Shown: piece by piece, positions 53,597 to 63,348 of the stretch
How the letters are laid out: the number at the start of each line of letters is the position of its first letter
Position numbering within the stretch: position 1 is the first letter of the stretch
DNA from: Planctomycetota bacterium
GTDB lineage: Bacteria; Planctomycetota; UBA1135; UBA2386
Direction of reading: 5' to 3'
DNA length: 64,000 nt
Assembly: GCA_028281765.1 (NCBI GenBank)
Contig: JANQJF010000004.1
Coordinates: 26,384 to 90,383, forward strand
The notes under the pieces: model-generated
Told to the model about the DNA's origin: nothing
Database searches by the model: none
Seen by the model: the letters and a program-made list of their open reading frames with translations, nothing else
Made by a program: the position numbers and the translations under genes

Positions 53597-54690
53597 CTAC
53601 TGCCCGCGCCGGCCTTCTTCTTGGCCTTGTCGACCGCCGCGTCGATCGCCTTCTTCATCTCGTCCTTCTCGGCTTCCTCGATGGCCTTCTCGAGCTCTTC
53701 CTGGCCGGGCAGTTTCTGCGCCAGGACCCAGGCCTTCCACTCGGCCTCGAGCTCGTCGAAGTCGACGCCCTTGAACGCCTTCTTCGTGACGGTGTCCATG
53801 TTTGAGTCGTCCTTCACGAGCCGGATGTACTTCGGGATGATCTTGCGGATCTTCTTCTTCTTGTGGTGCAGCAAGAAGTGGCAGAGCGCCCAACCCTCGG
53901 CGTAGCACACGCCCGGGTTCGAGTAGTACTGCCGCTGCGTGTAGCGGATGATCTGCTTCAGCGGCACGTGTCGGTTCTGTCGAACCGCCGCCTGGATGAT
54001 CGGCAGGCGCGTCGGATTCATGCGGCCGAGCTGCACCTTGCCCTTGGCCTTGCCGTTCTTCCCGTAGGGTGGGACCGCGCAGTAGAAGTAGTCCCCCATG
54101 CCCTCGTTGATCCACGACGGCATGTTCGGCTTCGAGACGACGTACCAGTGGAAGTACTGGTGCCATCCTTCGTGGGACATCACGCCGAGGAGGTCCATCT
54201 GCGACCGCTTCAGCAAGCGGTCGTAGAGCTCCTTGCGGGTCGGCTTGCCGTCCCCGGTCGTCGGGCCGTTGCCCTCCTCGGGCTGGTCCTGCCACTTGCC
54301 GGTGTCGTAGCAGACCATCTCGCGGTTCGGCACCCACGTGTAGTAGGCGGCCGCGCCTGGCGGCGCGTCGTAGTCGAGGTAAGACTGGCGGTCCTTGAAG
54401 AGCTTGATCGGCTTCTTGATGAAGCCGTCCTTCCCGGGCGGGAACGTCTTCTTGTAGAGCTTGATCATCTGCTCCATGTGCCGGGCAAGGCGCTTGGCCT
54501 TGTCCTTCCCCGCCTGGGACTGCACCTGGTAGTGCTTGCTGTTGTAGACGACCCAGCCGTCGGGAATCTCGTTCTTCGACCACTTGCCCGGCCGAATGCG
54601 ATTCGGGTCGAGCGCTTGCGCTGGAGCGATAGTCGCAGAGACCAGAGCGAGGACTGCGAGCTGACAGGCGAGTGAGAGGGTCCGACTCAT
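53593..54690 (-). CDS. Secreted DUF1570-like putative metallopeptidase (HExxH)
   Basis: Start trimmed to ATG 54690 (MSRTLSLACQLAVLALVSATIAPAQA signal). Motifs SHEGWHQYFHW and WINEGMGDYF. Lys-rich C-terminal helix. Visibly less GC-rich than the neighbours. Confidence 0.7.
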   Translation of the reverse strand: MSRTLSLACQLAVLALVSATIAPAQALDPNRIRPGKWSKNEIPDGWVVYNSKHYQVQSQAGKDKAKRLARHMEQMIKLYKKTFPPGKDGFIKKPIKLFKDRQSYLDYDAPPGAAAYYTWVPNREMVCYDTGKWQDQPEEGNGPTTGDGKPTRKELYDRLLKRSQMDLLGVMSHEGWHQYFHWYVVSKPNMPSWINEGMGDYFYCAVPPYGKNGKAKGKVQLGRMNPTRLPIIQAAVRQNRHVPLKQIIRYTQRQYYSNPGVCYAEGWALCHFLLHHKKKKIRKIIPKYIRLVKDDSNMDTVTKKAFKGVDFDELEAEWKAWVLAQKLPGQEELEKAIEEAEKDEMKKAIDAAVDKAKKKAGAGSS

Positions 54691-54811
54691 GGGTTGATCT
54701 CGGCGAAGCGTGACTCTGTCCACGACGATAGACGATCGAAAGCGTTCCGTGGTTTGGACGGAACCCGCGATTTTCTGTGCCCGATCGCGGGCTCGGACTT
54801 TCGCCCGAGCC

Positions 54812-56425
54812 TCACAATCCGCCGGTTCGCAGCGCGATCCGGGCCTCTTCGCCGGCGCGCACCTTGCCGTGCCGCTCGGCGACGTATTCGAGGACATCGG
54901 CGCCGAATCGGCGCTCGTTGCCGACTCCGGCCGCAAAGTGGCGCCCGATGCGAAGCAACGACTCGGGGGCGACGGCGGCCTCCTTCTTGAGCCGATCGAA
55001 GACCGGGAAGCATTCCCGGACCAAGACCGCGAAGTAGCCCATCGTCGCGTCGCCGCCGGCGACCTCTCCAGCCTCGATCATCGACGGCTTGCCGTCGGCG
55101 AGCAGCCGGGTCAGCGCGAGCTGGTAGCGCCCCTCCTGATCGAGGTGCTCGCCCTGCGCGAGGAAGACGAGGATCATCAGGGCTTCGGAGATCTTGCGGG
55201 CTCGACGGAGGCGCAGTGCCTTGTCGACGACCTCCGCGGCCCCCTTCTCCCGGCGCACGGCGAGCAGCAGCTCGAGGAACACCTCGCCCATCTCGTCCTG
55301 CGCCACCAGGCCCTTGCAGCCGCGCTCCAGCAGGTTCTTGCACTGCTGGGCCGTCAGCTCCTCGCCGATAGCCGCGAGCGGCTTCGCGATGATGCGCGCG
55401 CGTTGCGGGTCCTTCTCGTGGGTCAGGGCGCGCAGCAGCGAATCCGCGGCCTTCGCGTTGTGCGCGAGCGCCTCGCTCGCCGCCTCGCTCATCGCCGGAA
55501 TCTCACCCATCAAGTGGTGGATCAGCGTCTTGACGACCTCGGCCTTGGGCACGTTTCGGAACGCGCGGATCGCGAACAGGCGCAGGTGATCGCGCCGGGA
55601 GGACAGCAGCTTGCGCAGCTTCGCCACGCCCGCGTCGGTCCATTTCGCATGCTCGACGAGGAGATCCATCGTCGGCTGCACGATGCGGTCGAAGTCGTTC
55701 TCGGTCAGGTAGTCGAGGAAGCCTGCCGCCATGGTCGGCGTGAGCGCGACCCCGCGCAGACCGACCAAGGCCGCGTGCCGCATGGAGGGCAGCTCGTCCG
55801 GAGCGGCGAACTTCACCAAGAGAGCGCGCGCACCCTTCGGATCGGCCGCGGCGTAAACGCGCAGCACGTGCGCCTTGACCTCACCGGAGAGCTCCTCGTC
55901 CTTGGTCAGAGCCTTCTTCAGGCGGTCCTTGAAGTAGCGCAGCTTGGCCGCGGGCATCGCGGTGACGAGTCCATCGACGAGTGCAGTGGCCGCGTGATCG
56001 CTCAGGGAGGGCTCGTAGAGCGCCTTCTCCATTACAGTTGCGACCTCCGGGTGCTCCTGACCGCCGAGGATCTCGAGGATCCGCAGCCGGGTCTCCAGGT
56101 CGGCCCCGTCAAACGCCTCGCACAGCAGCGGCACGACATCGTCGCCGCCGGTGCGCAGCAGATGCATGACCAGGTCGCCGTCGTGGCCGGGATCCCCGAC
56201 ACGCGCAACCAGTTCCTGCACCGCGGGTTTCGTCCCGATCTTCGAGAGCGCCGTCAGCAAGTGACGGGAAATGTAGGGCTCCGCGTGCCCGAGTCTCTCG
56301 CCGAGCGACTTCACGACCGCCGCATCCGACGGGTGGAGCTCTCCGAGGACCTGGGCCGCGGCAATCTGGAGCTCGGGTGTGCCTTCCTCCAGAATCCGTA
56401 GGATCGCCTTGATCACATCCTGCAT
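54812..56425 (-). CDS. HEAT-repeat protein
   Basis: Helical repeats throughout (IAAAQVLGELHP.., LLTALSKIG.., ILEILGG..). Start is either ATG 56425 or GTG 56536; the latter is preceded by AAGGAG at a 13-nt distance. Confidence 0.6.
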   Translation of the reverse strand: MQDVIKAILRILEEGTPELQIAAAQVLGELHPSDAAVVKSLGERLGHAEPYISRHLLTALSKIGTKPAVQELVARVGDPGHDGDLVMHLLRTGGDDVVPLLCEAFDGADLETRLRILEILGGQEHPEVATVMEKALYEPSLSDHAATALVDGLVTAMPAAKLRYFKDRLKKALTKDEELSGEVKAHVLRVYAAADPKGARALLVKFAAPDELPSMRHAALVGLRGVALTPTMAAGFLDYLTENDFDRIVQPTMDLLVEHAKWTDAGVAKLRKLLSSRRDHLRLFAIRAFRNVPKAEVVKTLIHHLMGEIPAMSEAASEALAHNAKAADSLLRALTHEKDPQRARIIAKPLAAIGEELTAQQCKNLLERGCKGLVAQDEMGEVFLELLLAVRREKGAAEVVDKALRLRRARKISEALMILVFLAQGEHLDQEGRYQLALTRLLADGKPSMIEAGEVAGGDATMGYFAVLVRECFPVFDRLKKEAAVAPESLLRIGRHFAAGVGNERRFGADVLEYVAERHGKVRAGEEARIALRTGGL

Positions 56426-56715
56426 GCGTTTCGTCCCGACGAAAACGACCGGGCGGGTTCTCCGCGGGATTATGGCAGAAGGGCAAGGGCCACGCCACGG
56501 GGCGCTCTGTGGAAAAGTCGTGGAGACAATGGCCACAACCGCACCTAAACTCCTTATTTACAGTCACTAACGATCCGAGAGCAGCTGTGAATGGACCGCC
56601 CGATCCGGGCGGGATTCCCCAGGTCGCCGCGCCGTAAGCCGGGCCTCGTAAACAGCAGCCCCCTGGGGCTCGATCTCGGAGGAGCACCCGGGCACTCCGC
56701 CCGGATCTCGCTTCG

Positions 56716-58287
56716 CTAGGCGGTGACTTCGGGGTGCTTCGGGCGATCGCCCTCGGCCGCCTGTTGGGCACGACGGTCGGACTTCCGCAGCGAGAATTTG
56801 CGCCGCGTCTCCTGCAGGAACGACTCCATCTTGGAGGTCTCCTTGCCGCGCAGGAAGTTCCACAGGATGCGGAACACCTTCCCGGGCTTGAAGACGAGCT
56901 GGTTCAGGTAGAAGCCGGCGACGACGAAGTACTTCCACCGCGTCATCTGCTTTGCCGTCATGTTCGGGTTGTAGTTCCGATCCGGCGACATGTACTTGTT
57001 GTGCACGTAGATCGGCAGCTTCAGGAAGTCATCGTTGAGATGAACCTTGCCGTCCTTTTCGAGCTCGCGATAGATCTCGGTCGCCGGCAGCGGGAAGAAG
57101 AACCCGGCCGACACGTCGTCGACCCCCACGCGCGCGAGCTTCCGGCACATCTTCGCGGTCGCCCGCATGTCCACCGGCTCGTCCGTCGGATAGCCGAGCA
57201 CCAGGAAGATGCCGACGTTCAGACCGTTCCGCGTCGCGGCGCGCGCCGCCCGGAACAGCTTCTCGTCGGTGAGCATCTTCTTCATGTGCTTGCGCGTGCG
57301 CTCACTGCCCGACTCGGGCGCGAGGTTGATGGACTTGCACCCGGACTGGACGAGGAGCTTCGCGACTTCGTCGTCGATGATCTCGGAGCGCGTGCCCGCA
57401 GGCAGCTGCCACGTGATGTCGAGACCCCGCTTCAGGATCTCCTGCGTGAACTCGACGACCCAGTTGCGCTTGAGGATCGCGGTGAGGTCCTGGAACGGGA
57501 AGTTGTTCGCGCCGTACGTGTCGTGGTAGTGCTGGATCTCGTTGATCACGTCCTCGGGCGGACGCGCGTACCAACGAGTCGTCCACATGTTCGGGGACGA
57601 GCAGTACGTGCACTGGTAGGGGCAACCACGCGTCGCGAGGATCGGCACCGTGCGTCCGTAGTGGATGCCGGTGACCATCTTGTTGTCGTCGTATGCCTTG
57701 ACGTCGAACAGGTCCCACGCGGGCCACGGGATCTCGTCGACGTTGCGGATGCGGTCGCGGCGATCGTTCTTGCGCATGCCGCCGTCTTCGCCGCGGTAGG
57801 CGATGCCGGGGATGACCGTCGTGTCGACGCCCATCTCGAGCGCGCGAAACAGCGCGATCGCGGTCTCTTCGCCTTCGCCGAGGACGATGAAGTCGATCGG
57901 CGCCTCGTCCATCGACAGCTCGGGCACCGCGGTGAAGTGCTCACCGCCACAGACGATCGGCTTGTCCGGGAACCGGGCGCGGATCTTGTGCAGCAGCTCG
58001 CGCACGATCGGCCACGCGTAGGACCACATGCTCGTGACGCCGATCGCGTCACACTCCGGGTCGATCCGGTCGACGACTTCGTCCGTCTTGAGGCCGATGC
58101 GCCAGATGTCGCCGTCGACGACGTTCTGGTTCGGGGCTTCACCCAAGGCGTCGACGACGGACACGTCGTGGCCGTCGTCGCGCAAAACCGACGCGATGTA
58201 GGCCAAGCCGAGCGGGAGGCTCGGACGCAAGGCGGTCAGGCCGTTCTTGTTGATGTAGACCGGCGGGTGGATGAGCTGGATTTTCAT
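56716..58287 (-). CDS. B12-binding-domain radical SAM protein
   Basis: N-terminal cobalamin-binding-like Rossmann region (LGLAYIASVLRDDGHDVSVVD, IVCGGEHFT) followed by the radical SAM motif TRGCPYQCTYCS (CxxxCxxC). Confidence 0.85.
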   Translation of the reverse strand: MKIQLIHPPVYINKNGLTALRPSLPLGLAYIASVLRDDGHDVSVVDALGEAPNQNVVDGDIWRIGLKTDEVVDRIDPECDAIGVTSMWSYAWPIVRELLHKIRARFPDKPIVCGGEHFTAVPELSMDEAPIDFIVLGEGEETAIALFRALEMGVDTTVIPGIAYRGEDGGMRKNDRRDRIRNVDEIPWPAWDLFDVKAYDDNKMVTGIHYGRTVPILATRGCPYQCTYCSSPNMWTTRWYARPPEDVINEIQHYHDTYGANNFPFQDLTAILKRNWVVEFTQEILKRGLDITWQLPAGTRSEIIDDEVAKLLVQSGCKSINLAPESGSERTRKHMKKMLTDEKLFRAARAATRNGLNVGIFLVLGYPTDEPVDMRATAKMCRKLARVGVDDVSAGFFFPLPATEIYRELEKDGKVHLNDDFLKLPIYVHNKYMSPDRNYNPNMTAKQMTRWKYFVVAGFYLNQLVFKPGKVFRILWNFLRGKETSKMESFLQETRRKFSLRKSDRRAQQAAEGDRPKHPEVTA

Positions 58288-58440
58288 GCAGGTGCGCGCG
58301 TCCGGCGAAGGCGACCGGAATCCCTGGTGTCCTGCAGGACTATACCACGCGATTCGGGGCCGCCGGGCCGAGTCGAAAGCTTTCTAGCACCAAAATGGGC
58401 CGATATTGTCGGGACGAATGCGGTCGACTGAAAGGCCCGA

Positions 58441-60195
58441 TCAGTCGTTGCGACGGCCGCGTCCACGTCGACGGAACCGCAAGTCAGACGGTTTCGCCTC
58501 GAGCGTCGCGGTCCCCTGACCGCGTTTCACGACGAGTTTCACCGTCTCCTTCTGAGGATCGAGCGAGCGCAGCGCGAGACTGAACTCGACGAGCGTTTCG
58601 ACGGTGTCACCGCCGATCGACTGGATCTCGTCCCCGTCCTTCAGGCCGAGCTTGCCCGCCAGCGAGTCCTTCTTGATCTTGCTGATCACGAGGTCGTTCT
58701 TGCCGCCGAAAGACGCCCCGAACGCACTCTGCAGTCGATCCTTGGCCGAGATCGTCCGCCGACCGCGCGCCTGGATGCCCTCGTTCGAGAGCATCTCGGG
58801 AAGGTTCGCGACGCCGAGCGCCGTCAGCGCGATCACCGTCGACGTGTGCCGCTGGTACTCCGGCACGGCGACGTCAAACGTGTCCCACTGGCTGTGCCAG
58901 GTGTAGCCGAAGTAGTCGACGCGACCCTTGAGCCCCCAGCTGAACGCCGGCACGCGCGCGGCGAGGAACGACGCGTGGTCGCTGCCCCCACCGCCGCCGA
59001 TCCGATCGCGGGCCTTCAGGTCGAACACGTTGCCTTCAAAGTCCTTGTCCGGCGGTGTCATCGTCATGATCGGGGCGACGACGCGCTGCATGGCCTCCTC
59101 GTTCACGGCGTTGACCGTCAAGCTCTGCGCCCAGTTCGTGCCCGTGTCGTGGTTGAGCACGATCGAGACGTTCTTCATGTTCGCCCGACGGCGCTTCACG
59201 TGCTCCTGCGAACCGAGCAGGCCCTGCTCTTCGCCGCCCCACAGGCAGAAGCGAATCGTGCGCTTCGGCTTCGCGCCCGCCGCCGCCAGGATGCGCGCGG
59301 CCTCCATCGTGGACGTCGTGCCGGTGCCGTTGTCGGTCGTACCCGTCGCCTGGTGCCAGGAGTCGAGGTGCCCACAGACCACGATGATCTCCTCGGGCTT
59401 CTCGGTGCCTTTGATCTCGGCGACGACGTTGTGGAGCTTCACCGGCTCGCGACGCCAGCGGTTGCGCATGTCGAACTCGGCCGTGACCTCGCCTTGATCG
59501 AGCAACTTGACGAGCTCATCCGCCTGGTCCTTGCGCACGACGATGCTCGGGATCGTCGGCAACTTCTCGACGCTGCGCGGGCGGCTGCGTCCGAAGACAC
59601 GGATCCGGTTCGGGTACTTGTTGTCACCGCGCGACGGCCGAACCCAACCGGCGATCGGGTGCTCCTTGATGTAGGCGTCGAGCCCCTTCCACGGCCGGCC
59701 GTCGCGGTAGAGGTACGAGCCCTCGATCTGATCCTTGATCGCTTCGAACTCCTCCTCGTCGCGCGGGACCAGGAACATCTTCGCCCGCACGCGCCCCTTC
59801 GTCGGCGCGGTCCACGCTTCACACGCGACCTGCAGATCCATTTGGATCGGCTCGACGATCCGTCCGTGCCACTGCCCACGGTCCCAGCCAATGGGCCAGG
59901 TCGCCCACTCCTCGAGCTCGACGTCGAGCCCCATCTTCTCGAACTCGCCCTTGGCCCACACACACGCCTTGTCGAAGTTCTCCGAGCCGGTGAGGCGATG
60001 CCCGATGGTGTTCGTGAGGTAGTCGAGGAACTCCATCACGTTGCTGTTCTCGAGGCCCTCGTATTTGATCTGCGTCACGAGGTTGGGATCGATCAGCGGA
60101 TCCTGGTCGACAGACGCTTCGGCCGGCTGCTGGGCCGACAACATCGGAACGAGACAGAGAGTGCCCAGAGGCAGTAGGACGCGCGCGGATTTCAT
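58441..60195 (-). CDS. Secreted M28 family aminopeptidase with C-terminal PDZ domain
   Basis: Signal peptide MKSARVLLPLGTLCLVPMLSAQQ. M28 motifs VVCGHLDSW, DNGTGT, LWGGEEQGLLGS, SDHASF. PDZ-like segment LAGKLGLKDGDEIQSIGG. Confidence 0.85.
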   Translation of the reverse strand: MKSARVLLPLGTLCLVPMLSAQQPAEASVDQDPLIDPNLVTQIKYEGLENSNVMEFLDYLTNTIGHRLTGSENFDKACVWAKGEFEKMGLDVELEEWATWPIGWDRGQWHGRIVEPIQMDLQVACEAWTAPTKGRVRAKMFLVPRDEEEFEAIKDQIEGSYLYRDGRPWKGLDAYIKEHPIAGWVRPSRGDNKYPNRIRVFGRSRPRSVEKLPTIPSIVVRKDQADELVKLLDQGEVTAEFDMRNRWRREPVKLHNVVAEIKGTEKPEEIIVVCGHLDSWHQATGTTDNGTGTTSTMEAARILAAAGAKPKRTIRFCLWGGEEQGLLGSQEHVKRRRANMKNVSIVLNHDTGTNWAQSLTVNAVNEEAMQRVVAPIMTMTPPDKDFEGNVFDLKARDRIGGGGGSDHASFLAARVPAFSWGLKGRVDYFGYTWHSQWDTFDVAVPEYQRHTSTVIALTALGVANLPEMLSNEGIQARGRRTISAKDRLQSAFGASFGGKNDLVISKIKKDSLAGKLGLKDGDEIQSIGGDTVETLVEFSLALRSLDPQKETVKLVVKRGQGTATLEAKPSDLRFRRRGRGRRND

Positions 60196-60312
60196 GGAGC
60201 TTCGAACGGGAATTCAGACTACTCCCGATCGTAGCGGACACGCCGCCCACCACACGGACCGGACCACGCCGGAATCGTCACGTGCTTGTCGCAACCGCAG
60301 TCGCGCCGACAC

Positions 60313-62307
60313 CTACTGACAGTTCTCACCCACGAGCACGTGAAACGAGGCGTCGACCGGCATGTTCGCGAAGTCCTGATTGAAGATTCGCCACTGGTCG
60401 CCCGCGTAGTAGACCCCGATCGGGTGGTTGTTGTAGACGCCGTGGTCCCAGGACTGCGTCACCTGCAGCAGAAGGAAGGGCTTGCCGTTGAGGTCAGGGT
60501 GGTCGAGCCGCGTGATGTGGTTGGTCGTGTTTCCAGCCGTCGCTCGGTGACGGAGCACGCGCGAGCTCGCGTCGAGCCTCTCGTCCGGCACCAGCACGTT
60601 GAACGCGGCGCCGAGCGGCATCGCCGTCTGGTCCTCGCGGAACACGTTCCAGTGGGTGCCATCGAACCACACGCCGACCGGCACGTCGTTGTATACGCCC
60701 GGACTGATGCCGCCGGGATTCCAGAGTTGCGTCACCAACGGCAGCACGTCGGGCCGGCCATTCAATCCCGGATGGTCGATGCGCGTCACGTTGCCGGTGG
60801 TATTGGACGACGACGCCTGCGTCACCAAGGTGGTCGCGGCGCTGTTCGGAACGAACACGTTGAACGAGGCCCCCAACGGCATGGGCGCCACGTCCTCGTT
60901 GAACACGTACCAGCGCGCCGCCGAGGGGCTGTAGAACACGCCGATCGGATGCGCGTTGTAGACTCCGGGTTCGCTGCCCGGACTCCAGTGTTGGGTCACG
61001 AACATCCGCGCGTCCGGGTCGCCGTCGACCACCGGCAAATCGAGGCGCATCGATTGCCCCGTCGTGTTCGCCGCGTTCGCCACGCGGACCACCTGGATGC
61101 GGCGTGGTGTGGATTCGCTGATCAGGACGTTGAAGGCGTCGCCGGGGTTCATCAACCCACCCGCATGATGGCGAACATGCCACCGGTCGTTGGTGTAGAA
61201 CGTGTCGTACTGCTGGTCCTCGTACTGACCGGCCCAACGCCGCGTCAGGATGATGCGCGCATCCGGGTTGTCGTTGAGTTCCGGGTGGTCGAGCCGTGAT
61301 CGGTTTCCGCTCGCCGTCGCGGCGGTCACGTGATGCACGAAAGCCGGTTGCGAAGTCGCGAGATGCTCGTCGGCGACGACGACGTTGAACGACGCGCCCA
61401 GCGGCATCGCATTGGTGTCCTCGTTGAACACCGTCCAGTGCGAGCCATCGTAGTAGACGCCGATCGGCGAGTCGTTGTAGACGATCGGGCCACCACCCGG
61501 ATTCACCACTTGGTTGGCGAACACCATCGCGTCCGGCTGGCCGTTGCAGCTCGGGTGATCGATGCGCACCAGGTTGAACTGCGTGTTGCCCGCATCCGCG
61601 GTGACGACGAATTGCGTCGCCCCGCTGTTCGGCAGGAACACGTGATAGCCGACCGGGCCGAGGATCTGAGCACCACCCTGATTGACGATTCCCCAGCGCT
61701 GCAGCAATTCGTCGTAGCGCAGCGCTGTGTTCGACCAGTTGTTGAACCCATTCCATGTCCCGGTGAACAGCGCGAGCGCCCCGGGCCGCGCGTTGATCGA
61801 CGGGATGTCGAGAAGGGTTTCATCGCCGAAGATGGTCGGACTCGCGTTGTGGCGCACGACCTCCGCGACCGGATCCAGCATGATCGACGCCGCGTTGCTC
61901 ATGACCACCCCGAGCGGATTCGCGCCGAAGTCGACCGCAGCGGTCTGCACGTAGAATTCGAGGCACGGAGGCATCGAGGAGATCGGCAGACCGACCAGTC
62001 CCTGGTTCGACAGCACGATCATCGGCAGCGCGGCGATACTCGCGACGTACAGGTCACAACCCGGAGCGCCGATCGCCCCGAGGTCCAGACCGGAGGGATA
62101 CCTCTGCGGTCCGACGAGCAGCGCGGCCAGGCCGGTCTGACTCAGGTTGGTGGTTTGGATCGTCGCCGTGCCTCGAAGCTGTGCCCGGAGCAGCTCGGGC
62201 ACCCCGACCGATCCCGGACACCCCGTTCCGAAGGGCATGAACTGGGCCGCAACGGGTCCGGCGAAAGCGAGAGCGACGGCGAGTTGAAGTGGGCGCGAAG
62301 CGGACAT
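60313..62307 (-). CDS. Secreted protein: N-terminal two-Cys module + six ~85-aa tandem repeats
   Basis: Start trimmed to ATG 62307 (MSASRPLQLAVALAFAGPVAAQ signal). The N-terminal module (nt 61870-62241) reads FGTGC..LDLGAIGAPGCDLY..YVQ. It is followed by six repeats sharing TRxDHPxLNGxPDA..VTQxW..GVYNxHPIGVWY..W.VFNED..MPLGAxFNVLV. Confidence 0.75.
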   Translation of the reverse strand: MSASRPLQLAVALAFAGPVAAQFMPFGTGCPGSVGVPELLRAQLRGTATIQTTNLSQTGLAALLVGPQRYPSGLDLGAIGAPGCDLYVASIAALPMIVLSNQGLVGLPISSMPPCLEFYVQTAAVDFGANPLGVVMSNAASIMLDPVAEVVRHNASPTIFGDETLLDIPSINARPGALALFTGTWNGFNNWSNTALRYDELLQRWGIVNQGGAQILGPVGYHVFLPNSGATQFVVTADAGNTQFNLVRIDHPSCNGQPDAMVFANQVVNPGGGPIVYNDSPIGVYYDGSHWTVFNEDTNAMPLGASFNVVVADEHLATSQPAFVHHVTAATASGNRSRLDHPELNDNPDARIILTRRWAGQYEDQQYDTFYTNDRWHVRHHAGGLMNPGDAFNVLISESTPRRIQVVRVANAANTTGQSMRLDLPVVDGDPDARMFVTQHWSPGSEPGVYNAHPIGVFYSPSAARWYVFNEDVAPMPLGASFNVFVPNSAATTLVTQASSSNTTGNVTRIDHPGLNGRPDVLPLVTQLWNPGGISPGVYNDVPVGVWFDGTHWNVFREDQTAMPLGAAFNVLVPDERLDASSRVLRHRATAGNTTNHITRLDHPDLNGKPFLLLQVTQSWDHGVYNNHPIGVYYAGDQWRIFNQDFANMPVDASFHVLVGENCQ
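60316..61869 (-). repeat. Six protein-level tandem repeats (82-92 aa each) inside CDS 60313..62307
   Basis: Repeat boundaries in the 713-aa ORF numbering are about 196-278, 279-370, 371-452, 453-540, 541-631 and 632-713. Repeats 1 and 3 are the most diverged. Confidence 0.75.
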
Positions 62308-62383
62308 CGGCGTTCCTGCGGTCGGGTAGGTCGTCGGGCTGGGTGGCCCTGTCAACCCGGGGAATGCCACGACGCTCTCGGCG

Positions 62384-63259
62384 TCACGCCGGTTTGTCGA
62401 TACTCGCCGAAAAACCGCCCGCCGCGAGCTGCTCGAGTCGCCGTTCGACCGCATCGACCGTCTCGTCGAGCGTCGAGGTTCCCGCGGTCAACCCGACCGT
62501 CTCCACCCCGTCGAACCATTCTGCCCGCAGATCCTCAGCTCCCTGCACGTGATGCGCCGGCACACCGCGCGACTCGCTGAGCCGGGCGAGCTGTTTCGTG
62601 TTGTTCGAATTCGTTCCACCGACGACCACGATCACTTCGACGAGTTCCGCGAGCTCTTCGACAGCGTCGATCCGTTCCTTCGTCGGCTGACACACGGTGT
62701 CGACGAAGCGCAGATCGGCCGCCGGATTCTCGCGCTCGATCGCATCCAGCGTGTCTCGCACCCGCCCAGCCGGAGTCGTCGTCTGGCATACGACCCCGAG
62801 GCGCGCGCGACCGAAGTCCCGCACGTCGCCCGGTCCGGCGACGATGTCGTAGGAGCCGAGGTCGCCGACCAGTCCCTCCACCTCGACGTGACCAGGGCGA
62901 CCGATGACGACGACATGCCGCCCCTCCGCCTCGAGCGACTTCGCGACGTCGTGCGCGCGAAGCACCAGCGGACAAGTCGTGTCGATGAGCTCGTGGCCCG
63001 CGGCGCGCAGCCGCTCGCGCTCTCGATCGCTGACGCCGTGCGCGGTGATCAACACCTCGGGAGTCGAGACGGAGTCCTCGCGGTCGCTCTCGTCTACCAT
63101 CGGAAAGCCCCGCTCGCGGAGGCGATCCAACACGACTCGGTTGTGGACGAGCTCACCGTGAATCGTCGTCTCGCGCGGCCTCGGGTGCCGGAACGCCGCG
63201 TCGAGGGCGTCTCGCACACCGAAGCACAGGCCGAGCTCACGTGCCCGGAGGATCTTCAT
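62384..63259 (-). CDS. ispH: 4-hydroxy-3-methylbut-2-enyl diphosphate reductase
   Basis: Three cluster cysteines in context: LCFGVRDAL, TTCPLV, VCQPT. Also the HGE and SNNT motifs. Confidence 0.9.
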   Translation of the reverse strand: MKILRARELGLCFGVRDALDAAFRHPRPRETTIHGELVHNRVVLDRLRERGFPMVDESDREDSVSTPEVLITAHGVSDRERERLRAAGHELIDTTCPLVLRAHDVAKSLEAEGRHVVVIGRPGHVEVEGLVGDLGSYDIVAGPGDVRDFGRARLGVVCQTTTPAGRVRDTLDAIERENPAADLRFVDTVCQPTKERIDAVEELAELVEVIVVVGGTNSNNTKQLARLSESRGVPAHHVQGAEDLRAEWFDGVETVGLTAGTSTLDETVDAVERRLEQLAAGGFSASIDKPA

Positions 63260-63265
63260 GGCCCA

Positions 63266-63293
63266 ACTTTACAATGCAAAGTTTGTGCGTCAA
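63266..63293 (-). promoter_or_regulatory. Near-consensus promoter TTGACG-N16-(TG)TAAAGT ending 6 nt upstream of the ispH ATG (leaderless candidate)
   Basis: Minus strand: cTTGACGcacaaactttgcatTGTAAAGTtgggccATG. Confidence 0.5.
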
Positions 63294-63348
63294 GTGGCAT
63301 GGTGAGGCATATCGATCGGGGCCAAAAAGATCGCAAGCCTGCGACGAG

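Noticed and set aside
56470-56544. A 24-codon ORF (VRLWPLSPRLFHRAPRGVALALLP) behind a perfect AAGGAG, as a candidate radical SAM substrate peptide.
   Set aside because: It has no Cys/Ser/Thr-rich core or leader-like features and lies downstream of, not upstream of, the radical SAM gene. The AAGGAG may instead serve the alternative GTG start of the HEAT gene. It is kept only as a note in the radical SAM finding.
56560-56715. A possible SRP (4.5S) or 6S-like RNA in the structured spacer downstream of the radical SAM gene; GGGGGCTGCTGTTTAC on the minus strand is superficially reminiscent of the 4.5S RNA 5' end.
   Set aside because: The conserved SRP domain IV motifs (GGAA/AGCA asymmetric loop context) are absent. 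The pairing pattern is a set of short GC hairpins rather than one long helix.
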